A DNA stretch of 64,000 nt from Gemmatimonadetes bacterium 13_1_40CM_69_22 (GTDB lineage Bacteria; Gemmatimonadota; Gemmatimonadetes; Gemmatimonadales; GWC2-71-9), in the NCBI GenBank assembly GCA_001917665.1, contig MNEL01000027.1:18866-82865 (forward strand). The letters are read 5' to 3'. Below, in pieces: positions 39,719 to 50,015 of the stretch (positions are counted from its first letter, which is position 1; the number at the start of each line of letters is the position of its first letter). The notes under the pieces are model-generated. The model was not told where the DNA came from, searched no databases, and worked only from the letters and a program-made list of their open reading frames with translations. The translations under genes were made by a program, and so were the position numbers.

Positions 39719-40228
39719 TCAGTTGCGGGGCTTGCCTTTGAGTGCGGCCAGCGCCTGCCAGCGCGCATCGGCGGCCGGCGGGCAGCCGCAGGGGCCCGCG
39801 TTCAAGTCCTTGCCACAGTGCGGGCACAGCCCGCGGCAGTCTTCCCGGCACACCACCCACTGCGGCACAGCGAGCAGCAACTCCTCCCGCAGCGCGGGCC
39901 GGAGATCGATCTGCGTCGCGTCCCGCGCCAGCGGGTAGGAGTTCGGGTCTTCCAGCGCGTCCGGGTCCTGCGTGAACAGGGCGTCGATGTCGGCCGCCAC
40001 GGCCACCGCGACGGACGCCAGACAGCGCCGGCATTCCCCGGCAACCCGCGTGCGCAGGGAGCCCCGCCAGTAGAAGCGCCCCTCGCCGGCGGCGTGCAAC
40101 CGGCCGACCAGGCGCACCGGCCCGGCGAGAGCGACCTCCAGCTGTTCGAAGAGCGGATCATCTCCCGCCAGCTCGGCGTGGGTGTCGACGGGGCCGCTGG
40201 AAAGCTCCCGCAGGTCAACCTGTAACAT
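39719..40228 (-). CDS. yceD: YceD/DUF177 family protein (23S rRNA accumulation protein)
   Basis: 169 aa with ...CRRCL... and a C-terminal CREDCRGLCPHCGKDLN Cys cluster. It holds the conserved position upstream of rpmF. Confidence 0.85.
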   Translation of the reverse strand: MLQVDLRELSSGPVDTHAELAGDDPLFEQLEVALAGPVRLVGRLHAAGEGRFYWRGSLRTRVAGECRRCLASVAVAVAADIDALFTQDPDALEDPNSYPLARDATQIDLRPALREELLLAVPQWVVCREDCRGLCPHCGKDLNAGPCGCPPAADARWQALAALKGKPRN

Positions 40229-40262
40229 AGACGAGCGAACCTAAACCCTTGTGGGACTTGCG

Positions 40263-40682
40263 TCAAGCAAGCTCGCGCAGTTCCCGCTCCGGAAAGAAAA
40301 ACCCGACCTCCCGGGCAGCCGAGTCCGCCGAGTCCGAGGCGTGGATCGCGTTCCGTTCTTTGGACTCAGCGTACAGCTGGCGCACCGTCCCGGGCTTCGC
40401 TGCGGCGGGATCGGTGGCGCCGATCACCTCGCGCAGCCGCGCGACGGCGTCGTCGCGCTCGAGCGCCAGCGCCAGTGCGGGCCCGGACGTCATGAACGCC
40501 ACGAGGGGGCGGTAAAACGGGCGCTCGCGGTGCACCTCGTAGAACGCCTCGGCCTGGCCGGTGGTGAGCTTCACGAGGCGCGCGGCGCGGATTTTGAACC
40601 CGGCGCCCTCGAGATGGGCGAGGATCTTCCCGGTCTTGCCGGCGCGCACGGCGTCCGGTTTGATGATGGCGAGTGTGAGCAT
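40263..40682 (-). CDS. ndk: Nucleoside diphosphate kinase
   Basis: Start taken at MLTLAIIKPDAV...FMTSGP...RNAIHASDS. 139 aa. Confidence 0.95.
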   Translation of the reverse strand: MLTLAIIKPDAVRAGKTGKILAHLEGAGFKIRAARLVKLTTGQAEAFYEVHRERPFYRPLVAFMTSGPALALALERDDAVARLREVIGATDPAAAKPGTVRQLYAESKERNAIHASDSADSAAREVGFFFPERELRELA

Positions 40683-40705
40683 CGGGTGTCGGGGGGGGGC
40701 GGGTG

Positions 40706-41614
40706 TCAGGGCGCAATCAGGCGGCGAACGACATCCGCGCGCGTCAGGAAGCCGACCACGACGCCTTCGCGAACCACGGGGAAGCGGTCGACGTCCTTCG
40801 AGCTCATCAGGTTTGCGACGTCGCTCAGTGTCTGGTCCTCCGACAGGCACAGCACCGAGCGGGCCATCGCGTCCTTCACCGGGATGGCCCGGGGGTCCGC
40901 GGCGCCGCGCTGCAGCTGGCTCCGCGTCGGCGCGCGGACCTCGCCGGTCTTGGTGCGCTGCAGAAAGTCGGGCATGAGGTGCCGTAGGAGCTCGCGGTGG
41001 GTCACCATGCCGATGAGCGCGCCCGAGTCGTCCACCACGGGCATCGCCCGGATGTCGTGCTCGATCATCGTGCGCGCCACCTCGCCGAGGGTTTGCGCCG
41101 GCCGCACCGTGAAGGCGTGGGACGTCATGATGTCGCGCACCGTGAGCTGGCTCGGCAGCTGCACGGCGTCGAGGGCCGCGAGGTGGACCACCTGCTCCGC
41201 CGTCTTCGCGGCAAGCAGGGCGAGCACGGTCTCCGGATCGGACAGGGTGCGGGCGAACGCCCCGACGACCTGAAGGTAGAGCGCCGCGTCGCGCAGTGGG
41301 GCCACGATGAAGATGACGATGCGGGCGGCGCGGTGGGGGTCCTTCTCCCAGCGGATCGGCGCCGGAGAGATTCCCACCGCCGTGACGAGACGGCGCACCG
41401 CCTCGGTGCGGAAGTGCGGGAGGAAGGCGTGCTCCCCGACCGACACCATGTCCTCGGGCCACGTGTGGCGGATCACGGCGTTGAGACGCTGGGGCTCGGC
41501 CACGGCGCCCGCTTGAATGAGTTGTTCGGCGAGCCGCTCGGTGGCCTCCTTGACGGTGCCGGCGCGCAGCGGGACGATGATGTGCTCGGGGCTCAAGACG
41601 TCGGTGAGCTTCAC
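40706..41614 (-). CDS. PTS EIIA(Ntr)-like domain fused to a CBS pair
   Basis: GTG 41614 overlaps the sucD stop (GTGA). The N-terminal ~150 aa resemble the PtsN/EIIA type-2 fold (..[13 protein letters not shown].., IVIFIVAP). The C-terminal half carries two CBS motifs ([12 protein letters not shown]...[16 protein letters not shown]; [12 protein letters not shown]...[15 protein letters not shown]). Confidence 0.7.
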   Translation of the reverse strand: MKLTDVLSPEHIIVPLRAGTVKEATERLAEQLIQAGAVAEPQRLNAVIRHTWPEDMVSVGEHAFLPHFRTEAVRRLVTAVGISPAPIRWEKDPHRAARIVIFIVAPLRDAALYLQVVGAFARTLSDPETVLALLAAKTAEQVVHLAALDAVQLPSQLTVRDIMTSHAFTVRPAQTLGEVARTMIEHDIRAMPVVDDSGALIGMVTHRELLRHLMPDFLQRTKTGEVRAPTRSQLQRGAADPRAIPVKDAMARSVLCLSEDQTLSDVANLMSSKDVDRFPVVREGVVVGFLTRADVVRRLIAP

Positions 41615-42480
41615 AGTCGTTCCCTCAGGAGCGGCGCGACGTCGGCCGGCCGCTTCATCACCGAGATTCCGGCGCGCGCGAACGCCGCCATTTTCTCCGC
41701 CGCCGTGCCGCTCGAGCCCGAGATGATCGCGCCGGCGTGGCCCATGCGGCGCCCGGGAGGGGCGGTCTGCCCGGCGATGAAGCCGATCACGGGCTTGGTC
41801 ATCCCCTTCGCGACGAACTCGGCGGCCTGCTGCTCGTCGGTGCCGCCGATCTCGCCGATCATCACCACGGCGTCCGTCTCCGGGTCCGCCTGGAACGCCG
41901 AGAGGCAGTGGGTGAAGTGCGTACCGATCAACGGGTCGCCGCCGATGCCGACGCACGTGGATTGGCCGAACCCGTGGGTCGAGAGCTGGTGCACGATCTC
42001 ATAGGTGAGCGTGCCGCTGCGCGACACGACCCCGACGCGCCCCGGCGTGCAGATGTTGCCCGGGATGATCCCGACCTTGCTCTGCGCCGGCGAGATCAGG
42101 CCGGGACAGTTGGGGCCGATGAGCCGCGCGCCGCGCTCGTGCAGGTACGGCAGCACCTTCGTCATGTCGAGCACGGGGATGCCTTCGGTGATGCAGACGA
42201 TCAGCCCGAGCCCGGCGTCGGCCGCCTCGTAAACGGCCGAGGCGGCGACGGCGGCCGGCACGTAGATCACGGCGGCGTTGGCCCGCGTGTCGCGCACCGC
42301 GTCCGCCACGGTGTCGAATACCGGCACCACGCCGTCGAACAGCCGCCCGCCCTTCCCCGGCGTCACGCCCGCCACGACCTTGGTGCCGTAGCCGATCATC
42401 TGGCGCGTGTGGAACGAGCCGTCGCGGCCCGTGATTCCCTGGACCAGCAGGCGTGTGCCCTGGTCGATGAAGATGCTCAC
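41611..42480 (-). CDS. sucD: Succinyl-CoA ligase subunit alpha
   Basis: Start taken at GTG 42480 (M)[17 protein letters not shown]. Motifs: SRSGTLTYE...MGHAGAII. Confidence 0.95.
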   Translation of the reverse strand: MSIFIDQGTRLLVQGITGRDGSFHTRQMIGYGTKVVAGVTPGKGGRLFDGVVPVFDTVADAVRDTRANAAVIYVPAAVAASAVYEAADAGLGLIVCITEGIPVLDMTKVLPYLHERGARLIGPNCPGLISPAQSKVGIIPGNICTPGRVGVVSRSGTLTYEIVHQLSTHGFGQSTCVGIGGDPLIGTHFTHCLSAFQADPETDAVVMIGEIGGTDEQQAAEFVAKGMTKPVIGFIAGQTAPPGRRMGHAGAIISGSSGTAAEKMAAFARAGISVMKRPADVAPLLRERL

Positions 42481-43631
42481 GCCGCCCCCCCCCCCACCGC
42501 CCCCCCCGCCTGCGCGACCGCCTGCTGCACGGCCTCGTCCATGTCGGTGAGCGCCGAGAAGCCGGCGGCGGTGAGGATTCGCACCGCCTCCGCCTCGTTC
42601 GTGCCGGTGAGCCGGATGACCAGCGGGACGTGGAGGGGAAACTGTTGCGTGGCCTGCACGATGCCGTTCGCCACGTCGTCGCACCGGGTGATGCCGCCGA
42701 AAATGTTGAAGAGAATCGCCTTCACGTGCGGATCCGCGGTGATGATGCGCAGCGCAGCGACGACCTTCTGCGGGTTGGAGCTGCCTCCGATGTCTAGGAA
42801 ATTCGCGGGCGCGCCGCCGTAGTACTGCACCAGATCCATCGTCGCCATCGCGAGCCCGGCGCCGTTCACGCAGCAGCCGACCGACCCGTCCAGCTTGATG
42901 AAGGTGAGCCCCGCCTCCCGCGCCTGTACCTCGGACGGCGCCTCGGCCGAGGCGTCCCGCAGGGCGGCGATCTCGGGGCGGCGGTCGAGCTCGTTGTCGT
43001 CGATCACCATCTTGGCGTCGAGCGCGAGGATTTTCCCGTCCGGCGTGGCGACGAGCGGGTTGATCTCCACGAGCGACGCACCTACCGCGTAGCACGCGGC
43101 GTACAAATTTCCCATGATCCCCGCGGCGCCGCGCGCCTGGCCGACATCCCGGTAGAGCCGGAGGGCGAGGCCAAGCGCCTGATGCGACAGGAGCCCGTAG
43201 CGCGGGTCGATCGCGACGCGGTGGATCCGCTCGGGCGTCGTGGCTGCCACTTCTTCGATATCGATGCCGCCCGCGGCGCTCACCATGAGCACGGGGCGCT
43301 GCGAGGCGCGGTCGACGATGATCCCGACGTAGCTCTCGGACGCGATGTCGGCCGCCGGCGTCACCAGGACCTTGTGAACGGTGAGCCCCTTGATCGTCAT
43401 CCCCAGGATTCGGGACGCATGCGCCGCCGCCTCGTCGGCGTTCGCCGCGAGCTGCACACCCCCCGCCTTGCCCCGCCCCCCCGCGTGCACCTGGGCCTTC
43501 ACCACGACCTTGCCGCCCAGGCGCTGCGCGACGGCGCGGGCCTCGGCCGGGCTCTCGGCGACGTCGCCGTCCGGGATGGGGATGCCATAGCGCCTGAGGA
43601 TGTCCCGCGCCTGATACTCGTGCAGGTTCAC
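42477..43631 (-). CDS. sucC: Succinyl-CoA ligase subunit beta
   Basis: (M)[15 protein letters not shown]...[15 protein letters not shown]...[10 protein letters not shown]. The GTG start overlaps the arcC stop (GTGA). Confidence 0.95.
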   Translation of the reverse strand: MNLHEYQARDILRRYGIPIPDGDVAESPAEARAVAQRLGGKVVVKAQVHAGGRGKAGGVQLAANADEAAAHASRILGMTIKGLTVHKVLVTPAADIASESYVGIIVDRASQRPVLMVSAAGGIDIEEVAATTPERIHRVAIDPRYGLLSHQALGLALRLYRDVGQARGAAGIMGNLYAACYAVGASLVEINPLVATPDGKILALDAKMVIDDNELDRRPEIAALRDASAEAPSEVQAREAGLTFIKLDGSVGCCVNGAGLAMATMDLVQYYGGAPANFLDIGGSSNPQKVVAALRIITADPHVKAILFNIFGGITRCDDVANGIVQATQQFPLHVPLVIRLTGTNEAEAVRILTAAGFSALTDMDEAVQQAVAQAGGAVGGGAA

Positions 43632-44587
43632 GCGCGCTCCAAGGTGATCGTGGTGCCGGCCTCGCCCCGCAAGGCGGGAAGACCTTGAGCCAGCTCGGCG
43701 ATGATGGCGCGTCGGCTGGGGCCCCCGCCCGCTCGTACGAAGTCCGCCGCGGCCTCGACCTTGGGGCGCATGCTTCCCGTGCCGAGCTCCTTCCCGGCGA
43801 GCAGATGATCCGCGCTCGGGAGGTCGAGGTGCCGAATCGCCCGTTGGTGCTTCGTGCCGAACCCGTGGTACACGGCGTCCACGTTAGTGAGGATCAACAG
43901 TACATCGGCGCCGATCTCGCGACCCAGGATCGCCGCGACGCGGTCCTTGTCGGCCACCGCGTCGATTCCCTCGAAGCCCAGGACCGGGTCGTGGTAGACT
44001 GGCGGCCCGCCGCCCCCGCAGGCGACGACGATGTGCCCGGCGGCGACCAGGTGGTGGATCATGTCCCGCTCCACCACGGCGATCGGCTTCGGGCTCGGCG
44101 CGAGCCGCCGCCAGCGGCCGGGCTGCTCCTCCCGGACCGGAACGCCGCGCGCCAGGAGCCGCGCCACGCGGGTCGCGTCGAGTGCGTGCCCGATCGGCTT
44201 GGTCGGGATGCGCAGGTTCGGATCGTTCGCGTCGCACAGCGTCTGCGTGACGAGCGTGACGACCTGCCGCTCGACGCCGACGCGTGCGAGGGCGTTCTGG
44301 AGCGACTGCTGAATCATGTAGCCCATCCACCCCGCCGTCGCCGCGACCAGCACGCCCAGCGGCAGCGGCTCCACCTGGTCGGCGGCGAGCTCGTTGCGCG
44401 CCAGCTCGTCGCCCACCTGCGGGCCGTTGCCGTGCACCAGTGCGATCGCCCACCCCTCGCGCGCCAGGTCCACGATCGGCGCCAGGCTCTCGCGCGTGTG
44501 CCGGAACTGGTTCGCGATGGTGGGCCGCTCTCCCGGTGGTGCAACTGCGTTCCCACCCACCGCCACGACGATCGTCCCGGGCCTCAC
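43628..44587 (-). CDS. arcC: Carbamate kinase
   Basis: IVVAVGGNA...VHGNGPQVG...GGGGPPV...DKD..A..LA..I.AD.L.ILT.VD.V. Confidence 0.85.
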   Translation of the reverse strand: MRPGTIVVAVGGNAVAPPGERPTIANQFRHTRESLAPIVDLAREGWAIALVHGNGPQVGDELARNELAADQVEPLPLGVLVAATAGWMGYMIQQSLQNALARVGVERQVVTLVTQTLCDANDPNLRIPTKPIGHALDATRVARLLARGVPVREEQPGRWRRLAPSPKPIAVVERDMIHHLVAAGHIVVACGGGGPPVYHDPVLGFEGIDAVADKDRVAAILGREIGADVLLILTNVDAVYHGFGTKHQRAIRHLDLPSADHLLAGKELGTGSMRPKVEAAADFVRAGGGPSRRAIIAELAQGLPALRGEAGTTITLERA

Positions 44588-44598
44588 GGCGGCGCAAC

Positions 44599-47082
44599 CT
44601 AGCGCGGCCCCGAGGCGGGAGCAAGCGTGCGCCGGCCCAGATCGAGGAGCTGCCTGAGCTGCCGGTAGTAGCGTCCGAACGCCTCGACATCACCCGCGGC
44701 AAGCGCGGCGTCGGCCTGGGCAGCGAGCCGGCGCGCCTCCTCCCAGCGGGCCGCGAGCGAGGTGTCCGCGGCCAGGTGCTCGCCGCGCCGCGCGGCCAGA
44801 AGGTCGCGCAAAGCGGCCCACGGTGTCGCTCCCTGGCCGCGTCGGTCGCTCCAGGTGAGAAACACGGCGTCGATGCCGGCGGGCGGGCCCCCGCTCACCG
44901 GCTCGTTGAACAACGCCTGCTCCGAAAACAGCAGGCCGCCCACGTTCCACAGTCGGAGCACGCCGGGGGCGGTCGGCGGCTGTGGCGAACCGACCAGCAC
45001 GCCGGGCAGGCGCACGGTGGGGCTGGGGCGCCAGGCGAACAGCTCCGGCCCTTGCGGTCCCATCGTCGCGGCCACGAGCGCCGCTACCTCTCTTGGCGTG
45101 CCGGTCTCGAACCCCTGGGCGGTCCAGACGCGCGTCTCCGCTCCCGCTTCAGTGACGGGCGCGACCAGCTCGAACGGCTCGCGCGAGCGGGGCAGCCAGG
45201 CGGCCGAGTCGGTTCGCGCCGGCGCCACGAGCGCGGCCGCGATCCGGAACGCCTGGCGCGGATACGGTAGCTGCGACCGGAGCGCGGCCGGGAGACTGTC
45301 GCTCGGCTGCACGAGAGGGTCGAGGACGCGGGCCCACGTTGCTGCGAGCGAGTCGGCGCCGGGTGCCAAGTAGAGGCGCGTCTCACCGCTCGCCGCGCTG
45401 ACAGCGCCGACGAGGCCCGCGCGCAGGTAGCGGACGGGACGCCCTTGCCACTCGAGCCGCCGCACCAGCGGGAACGCCTCCGATTCGAGATACCCGTAGG
45501 CGACCCACCACAGCGTGCCGTCCGCCACCAGCGGCCCGGGGGCGTCGAACCTGGCGAACGGCGCGAGCCGCTGGAGCCGCTCCACGACGTCGCGGCGCCA
45601 CAGCACCAGCAACCCGTCGGTTTCCTTGCGCGTCAGCTCCGGGCTCTGCAACGCCCACGCGAGCGCGGTGCGTCGCCACGAGCCGGCGAGCGCGATGCCC
45701 GAGGCGCGGAGCGCCGGCCAGCTGTCCGCCGCCACGACGGCGAACTCGCGGAAGCCCGGTCCGAACCAGGCGGCCGAGTCGCGCGTGGCGAGTGGGGCGA
45801 AGCGCAGCCCGCTGTCCGCCTCCACGGCGACGACCGGCCGGCCGGCGTGCGCCCAGCCGCCCCGGTGCAGGTCGGTCCACAGCGGCGCCGGCTGGAGGTG
45901 CGCGACCGCATCGAGGTCGGGCATTTGGGCGACGAGCCAGGTGGCGCGGTTACCGCCGGGCTCGTGCGCCGACAACGCGATCCCCGCCACCTGGCTGTGC
46001 GGGCCCAGCAGCTGCGGCGCGCGCCGGGCCGTCGCCGCGCCGACGCGGCCGGGATCCCACAACGGCAAGGCCAGCACCGCCGCCTCCGCCGTCGGCCACG
46101 CCGGGGGGACCCGGTCGGCCAGCGACTCGGCGCCGAATGCGAGCCGCTCCAGGCGCGTCCGCTCCGCGAGGAACGTCGCGTCCGTGTCCGGGGCGGCGCC
46201 GTGCCAGACCGCGGGGACTACCAGGTACACGATGGCCGCTGCGCCGAGCAGCGCGCTCCAGCTCGCGACGAGCAGCGCCGGCCGGTCGCGCAGCGCCCAC
46301 ACGAGACTGGCGATCGTCGCGACGGTCGCGAGTGCCGTCACGAACGCGGCGCCGGGGAGACGCACCTCGAGTGTGCCCCGGTCGAGCGCGCCGTGCAGCC
46401 CGGCCACGGTTTCCGCGGGGTCGAGCACCGCGCCCCACGCGAGCGCCAGGGCCGTCGCGGCGAGCAGCAGCCCGAGGTGGCCGCGCGCGTGCGCGCTCGC
46501 CTGGGGGAGCCAGCGGCGGAAGCGCAGCGATCCCATGCCGAGATACAAGAGGGCGACGAGGATCGTGCTCGTCACGCTTGCGCGGAGGAACAGGCCCTGC
46601 ATCCGCTCGAGCCAGGGGAGTTGGCCCAGGTAAAAGCCGAGGTCTCGCTGGAGCAGCGGGTCGGCGACGCCGAAGCGCGGTGCATGCGCCGCGAGCCGCG
46701 CCGCCATCCACCAGTCCCCTGTCCCGAGGGCGAGCAGGAGGCCGAAGACGAGACCGGTGGTGATGGTGCCGCCGAGCAACACGCGCTGGGGCACCGCTTC
46801 CACGATCTCGAGATCGCCGAGCCGGCGCGGCAGCTGCACCGAGCCGATGGCCCGGTACACGAGGAACACGTTGCCGGTGCCCCACCCGATCGTGAGCAGC
46901 AGGATCAGCCCGCTCACGAGTCGCGCGACGTCGTGTCCCACGACGTAGACGTGTCCGCCTGGGACACTCGCGGCCCACGCCCGCTCGGCGATCTCGAGCG
47001 CCAGCCAGCGCCCGCCCACGAGCACCACGACCAGCGCGGCGGCGCCGGCGACCAGCCACGACCGCCGGCGCGCGCGGGTCAC
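44599..47082 (-). CDS. UPF0182-family large integral membrane protein (function unknown)
   Basis: Start taken at GTG 47082, overlapping the pmm stop (GTGA). The track's upstream 120 codons look like noise. About 7 N-terminal TM segments include DLGFYLGQLPWLE (compare the FY.FQLPF motif of UPF0182), followed by a large soluble C-terminal region. The family call is from memory of motifs. Confidence 0.65.
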   Translation of the reverse strand: MTRARRRSWLVAGAAALVVVLVGGRWLALEIAERAWAASVPGGHVYVVGHDVARLVSGLILLLTIGWGTGNVFLVYRAIGSVQLPRRLGDLEIVEAVPQRVLLGGTITTGLVFGLLLALGTGDWWMAARLAAHAPRFGVADPLLQRDLGFYLGQLPWLERMQGLFLRASVTSTILVALLYLGMGSLRFRRWLPQASAHARGHLGLLLAATALALAWGAVLDPAETVAGLHGALDRGTLEVRLPGAAFVTALATVATIASLVWALRDRPALLVASWSALLGAAAIVYLVVPAVWHGAAPDTDATFLAERTRLERLAFGAESLADRVPPAWPTAEAAVLALPLWDPGRVGAATARRAPQLLGPHSQVAGIALSAHEPGGNRATWLVAQMPDLDAVAHLQPAPLWTDLHRGGWAHAGRPVVAVEADSGLRFAPLATRDSAAWFGPGFREFAVVAADSWPALRASGIALAGSWRRTALAWALQSPELTRKETDGLLVLWRRDVVERLQRLAPFARFDAPGPLVADGTLWWVAYGYLESEAFPLVRRLEWQGRPVRYLRAGLVGAVSAASGETRLYLAPGADSLAATWARVLDPLVQPSDSLPAALRSQLPYPRQAFRIAAALVAPARTDSAAWLPRSREPFELVAPVTEAGAETRVWTAQGFETGTPREVAALVAATMGPQGPELFAWRPSPTVRLPGVLVGSPQPPTAPGVLRLWNVGGLLFSEQALFNEPVSGGPPAGIDAVFLTWSDRRGQGATPWAALRDLLAARRGEHLAADTSLAARWEEARRLAAQADAALAAGDVEAFGRYYRQLRQLLDLGRRTLAPASGPR

Positions 47083-48455
47083 GCGCGGATGCCCTGGGCG
47101 GCGAGCCAGTCCTCCACTTCGGCCCGGTACGCAGCGAGGGCGGCGGCGCTGCCCGCCTCGAACCGCAGGACCAGGACCGGTTGGGTGTTCGACGCGCGCA
47201 CGAGCCCCCAGCCGTCGGGGAACGTGATGCGCACCCCGTCGAGCGTGGACACGGAGTACCGGGCCGCGAAGTGCTGGGCGGCGCGCTCGACGATCGCGAA
47301 CTTGCGCTCGTCGGCGCAGTCGACGCGCAGCTCCGGTGTGGATACCGTCGGCGGGAGGTCGGCGAGCAGGCGGGACAGCGGGCCTCCCAGCTCCGCCATG
47401 TAGCGCAGCAGGCGCGCGGCGGCGAACAGCGCGTCGTCGAAGCCGTACCAATCGCCGCCGAAGAACATGTGCCCGCTCATCTCACCGGCCAGGGGGGCCT
47501 GCAGCTCCTTCATCTTCTGCTTGATCAGGGAGTGTCCGGTCTTCCACATCGTCGGCTTCAGGCCGACGCGGGCCAGCTCCTTCGCCAGCACTTCCGAGCA
47601 CTTCACGTCGAAGATCACAGCGTGCCCCGGGCCCATGCGGCGCGCCAGGTCGCGACCCAGCAGCACCAGCAGCTGGTCGCCGAACAGGATGCGCCCCTGC
47701 TCGTCCACCGCCCCGATCCGATCGCCGTCGCCGTCGAACGCGATCCCGAGCTCGGCCTTCTCCCGGCGCACGGCGGCTTGCAAGTCGTGCAGGTTCTCGG
47801 GCACGGTGGGATCGGGATGGTGATTCGGGAACGTGCCATCTGACTCGCAAAACAGCGGCACCACGTCGGCGCCGAGCGTACGGAGGGTCTCGACCGCGAC
47901 CAGGCTCGCGACGCCGTTGCCGCAATCGACGACGACCTTCACCCGCCGCGGCAGCGGGCCGTTCCGCGCGACGATGGCCTTCCGGTAGCCGTCCAGCACG
48001 TCGCCGTGCGTCTTCCGGGACCCGCCGGCCCGATCGGGCGTGCGGTCCTCCAAGATCATACGGTGCAGCAGCTTGATGTCCTCGCCGTGGATCGCGCCGC
48101 CCTCGAGCACCATCTTGAACCCGTTGAACGCGGGCGGGTTGTGGGAACCGGTGACCTGGAGGCCGCCGTCGACCGTGAGCGTGTGAGTGGCGAAGTACAG
48201 GGCGGGCGTCGGTACCATGCCCACGAACAGGGCCAACGCCCCGGCGTCCTCGATGCCCGACAGCACGTTGGCGGCGAAGTCCGCCCCGGAGGGTCGGTTG
48301 TCGCGGCCGACGGCGATGCGGGGCGCGCGCCCCAGCCGCTCGGCGGCGAGGGTCGCGAACGCCTTGCCGATCGCGTGCGCGACCTCCCCCGTGAGCTGGT
48401 CGCCCACGGTGCCCCGGATGTCGTACTCGCGGAAAATGGTGGCGGGGACCTGCAT
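47079..48455 (-). CDS. Phosphomannomutase/phosphoglucomutase
   Basis: FREYDIRG...VTGSHNPP.FNGFK...FDGDGDR...GEMSGH. Confidence 0.9.
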   Translation of the reverse strand: MQVPATIFREYDIRGTVGDQLTGEVAHAIGKAFATLAAERLGRAPRIAVGRDNRPSGADFAANVLSGIEDAGALALFVGMVPTPALYFATHTLTVDGGLQVTGSHNPPAFNGFKMVLEGGAIHGEDIKLLHRMILEDRTPDRAGGSRKTHGDVLDGYRKAIVARNGPLPRRVKVVVDCGNGVASLVAVETLRTLGADVVPLFCESDGTFPNHHPDPTVPENLHDLQAAVRREKAELGIAFDGDGDRIGAVDEQGRILFGDQLLVLLGRDLARRMGPGHAVIFDVKCSEVLAKELARVGLKPTMWKTGHSLIKQKMKELQAPLAGEMSGHMFFGGDWYGFDDALFAAARLLRYMAELGGPLSRLLADLPPTVSTPELRVDCADERKFAIVERAAQHFAARYSVSTLDGVRITFPDGWGLVRASNTQPVLVLRFEAGSAAALAAYRAEVEDWLAAQGIRA

Positions 48456-48467
48456 GGACTCCCCGTC

Positions 48468-50015
48468 TCAGCGGCCCGTCGGCTCTCGGGGCGCGGGGGG
48501 CGCGTCCGACGAGACCGCGGGCGCCGCCCGGACCGAGGCGCCGCTCGTCCGGGCGATGTCGAGCAAGCGGTTCGGCCGCACGCCGAAGAAGAGGAGCCCC
48601 GCGACCGAAGCCGCGACGACGGCGGCTCCGAGCCGGCCGAGCCGCATGCCGGCATGCGCCTGCTCGGAGGGCTCGGGCTGCATGTACATCGCCATAATCA
48701 CCGGTAGATAGTAGCCTGCGGAGATCACGCTGGCGAGCACTAGGACGGCGGCGAGGAGCCCCTGCCCCGTCGCCGTGGCCGCCACGAGGATGTACCACTT
48801 CCCGATGAAGCCCGCGGTGCCCGGGATGCCGAGCAGGGACAACATGCAGACCGCCAGCGCGAAGGCGAGCCAGGGCCGCCGCTGGGCGAGCCCGGCCAGG
48901 TCGTCGATGCTCACGTCGCGTTCGCCGTCCGTGCCTTTGGCGGCGAGCAGCGCGAACGCCGCGAGCGTCATCAGCGTGTAGGCGACCAGGTAGAACAGGA
49001 ACGCTGCAGAGCCTACCGCCGTCCCGACCGCCACCGCGACGAGCAGGTACCCGGCGTGCGCGATGGACGAATAGGCGAGCATGCGCTTGAGGGTGCGCTG
49101 CGCCAGGGCGATCAGGTTTCCCACCACCATGGTGGCGACGGCGAGCCACCACACGACCGCGTGCCAGGCGGGCACCGCGTCGAACGCCTCCCCCAGCACG
49201 CGGAACAGCGCCGCGAACGCGGCGGCCTTCACCGCCGTCGCCATGTACCCGGTGACGGGCGTGGGCGAGCCGTCGTACACGTCGGGCGCCCACATGTGGA
49301 AGGGCACCGCGGCGACTTTGAACCCGAAGCCGACGAGCAGCAACCCGAGCCCGATCAGCAGCATGGTGTTGTGCTGCAGGCCGAGGGTCGCGACCTGCAC
49401 GCCGATCAAGGTGAGGTTGGTGGTGGCCGTCGCGCCGTACACGAGGGCGATGCCGTACAGCAGAAAGCCGGAGGCGAACGCCCCCAGCAGGAAGTACTTG
49501 AGTGCGGCTTCCGCCGCCGCCGCGCTGCGGCGATTGATCCCGGCGAGCACGTAGACCGCGACCGACATGAGCTCGAGACCGAGGAACAGCACCATCAGAT
49601 CTTGGGCGCCCGCCATCAGCATCATCCCCAGCGTCGCGAAGAGCAGCAGCGCGAAGTATTCGGGCACCAGCAGCGCCTCCCGCTCGAGATACTCGAACGA
49701 GACGAGCACCGTCAGCCCGGCCGTGCCGAGGAACAGCCAGTCGGCGACGAAGCGAAAGTCGTCCACGGCGATCATGGCCGCGATCCCCGGCGCGTGGGCG
49801 GCCTGCCACCACAGGAACCACGCGGCGAGACCGGCGGCGCCGAGCCCGGCCAGCGTCACCCACCCGGCGAGACGCAGATCCTGCGGCGTGCGGTGCCGCC
49901 AGGCGACCACGATGAGCACGAGCAACGCCGTCGTCGTGAGCACCAGCTCCGGCGCCAGCGCGATGAGCAGGTCGCCGGGGCGCGAGAGATCGAGGGTCGA
50001 GAGGTCGACGTTCAT
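48468..50015 (-). CDS. nuoN: NADH-quinone oxidoreductase subunit N
   Basis: Start taken at MNVDLSTLDL (ATGA with the nuoM stop). It is a polytopic antiporter-like subunit and the last gene of the nuo run. Confidence 0.95.
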   Translation of the reverse strand: MNVDLSTLDLSRPGDLLIALAPELVLTTTALLVLIVVAWRHRTPQDLRLAGWVTLAGLGAAGLAAWFLWWQAAHAPGIAAMIAVDDFRFVADWLFLGTAGLTVLVSFEYLEREALLVPEYFALLLFATLGMMLMAGAQDLMVLFLGLELMSVAVYVLAGINRRSAAAAEAALKYFLLGAFASGFLLYGIALVYGATATTNLTLIGVQVATLGLQHNTMLLIGLGLLLVGFGFKVAAVPFHMWAPDVYDGSPTPVTGYMATAVKAAAFAALFRVLGEAFDAVPAWHAVVWWLAVATMVVGNLIALAQRTLKRMLAYSSIAHAGYLLVAVAVGTAVGSAAFLFYLVAYTLMTLAAFALLAAKGTDGERDVSIDDLAGLAQRRPWLAFALAVCMLSLLGIPGTAGFIGKWYILVAATATGQGLLAAVLVLASVISAGYYLPVIMAMYMQPEPSEQAHAGMRLGRLGAAVVAASVAGLLFFGVRPNRLLDIARTSGASVRAAPAVSSDAPPAPREPTGR

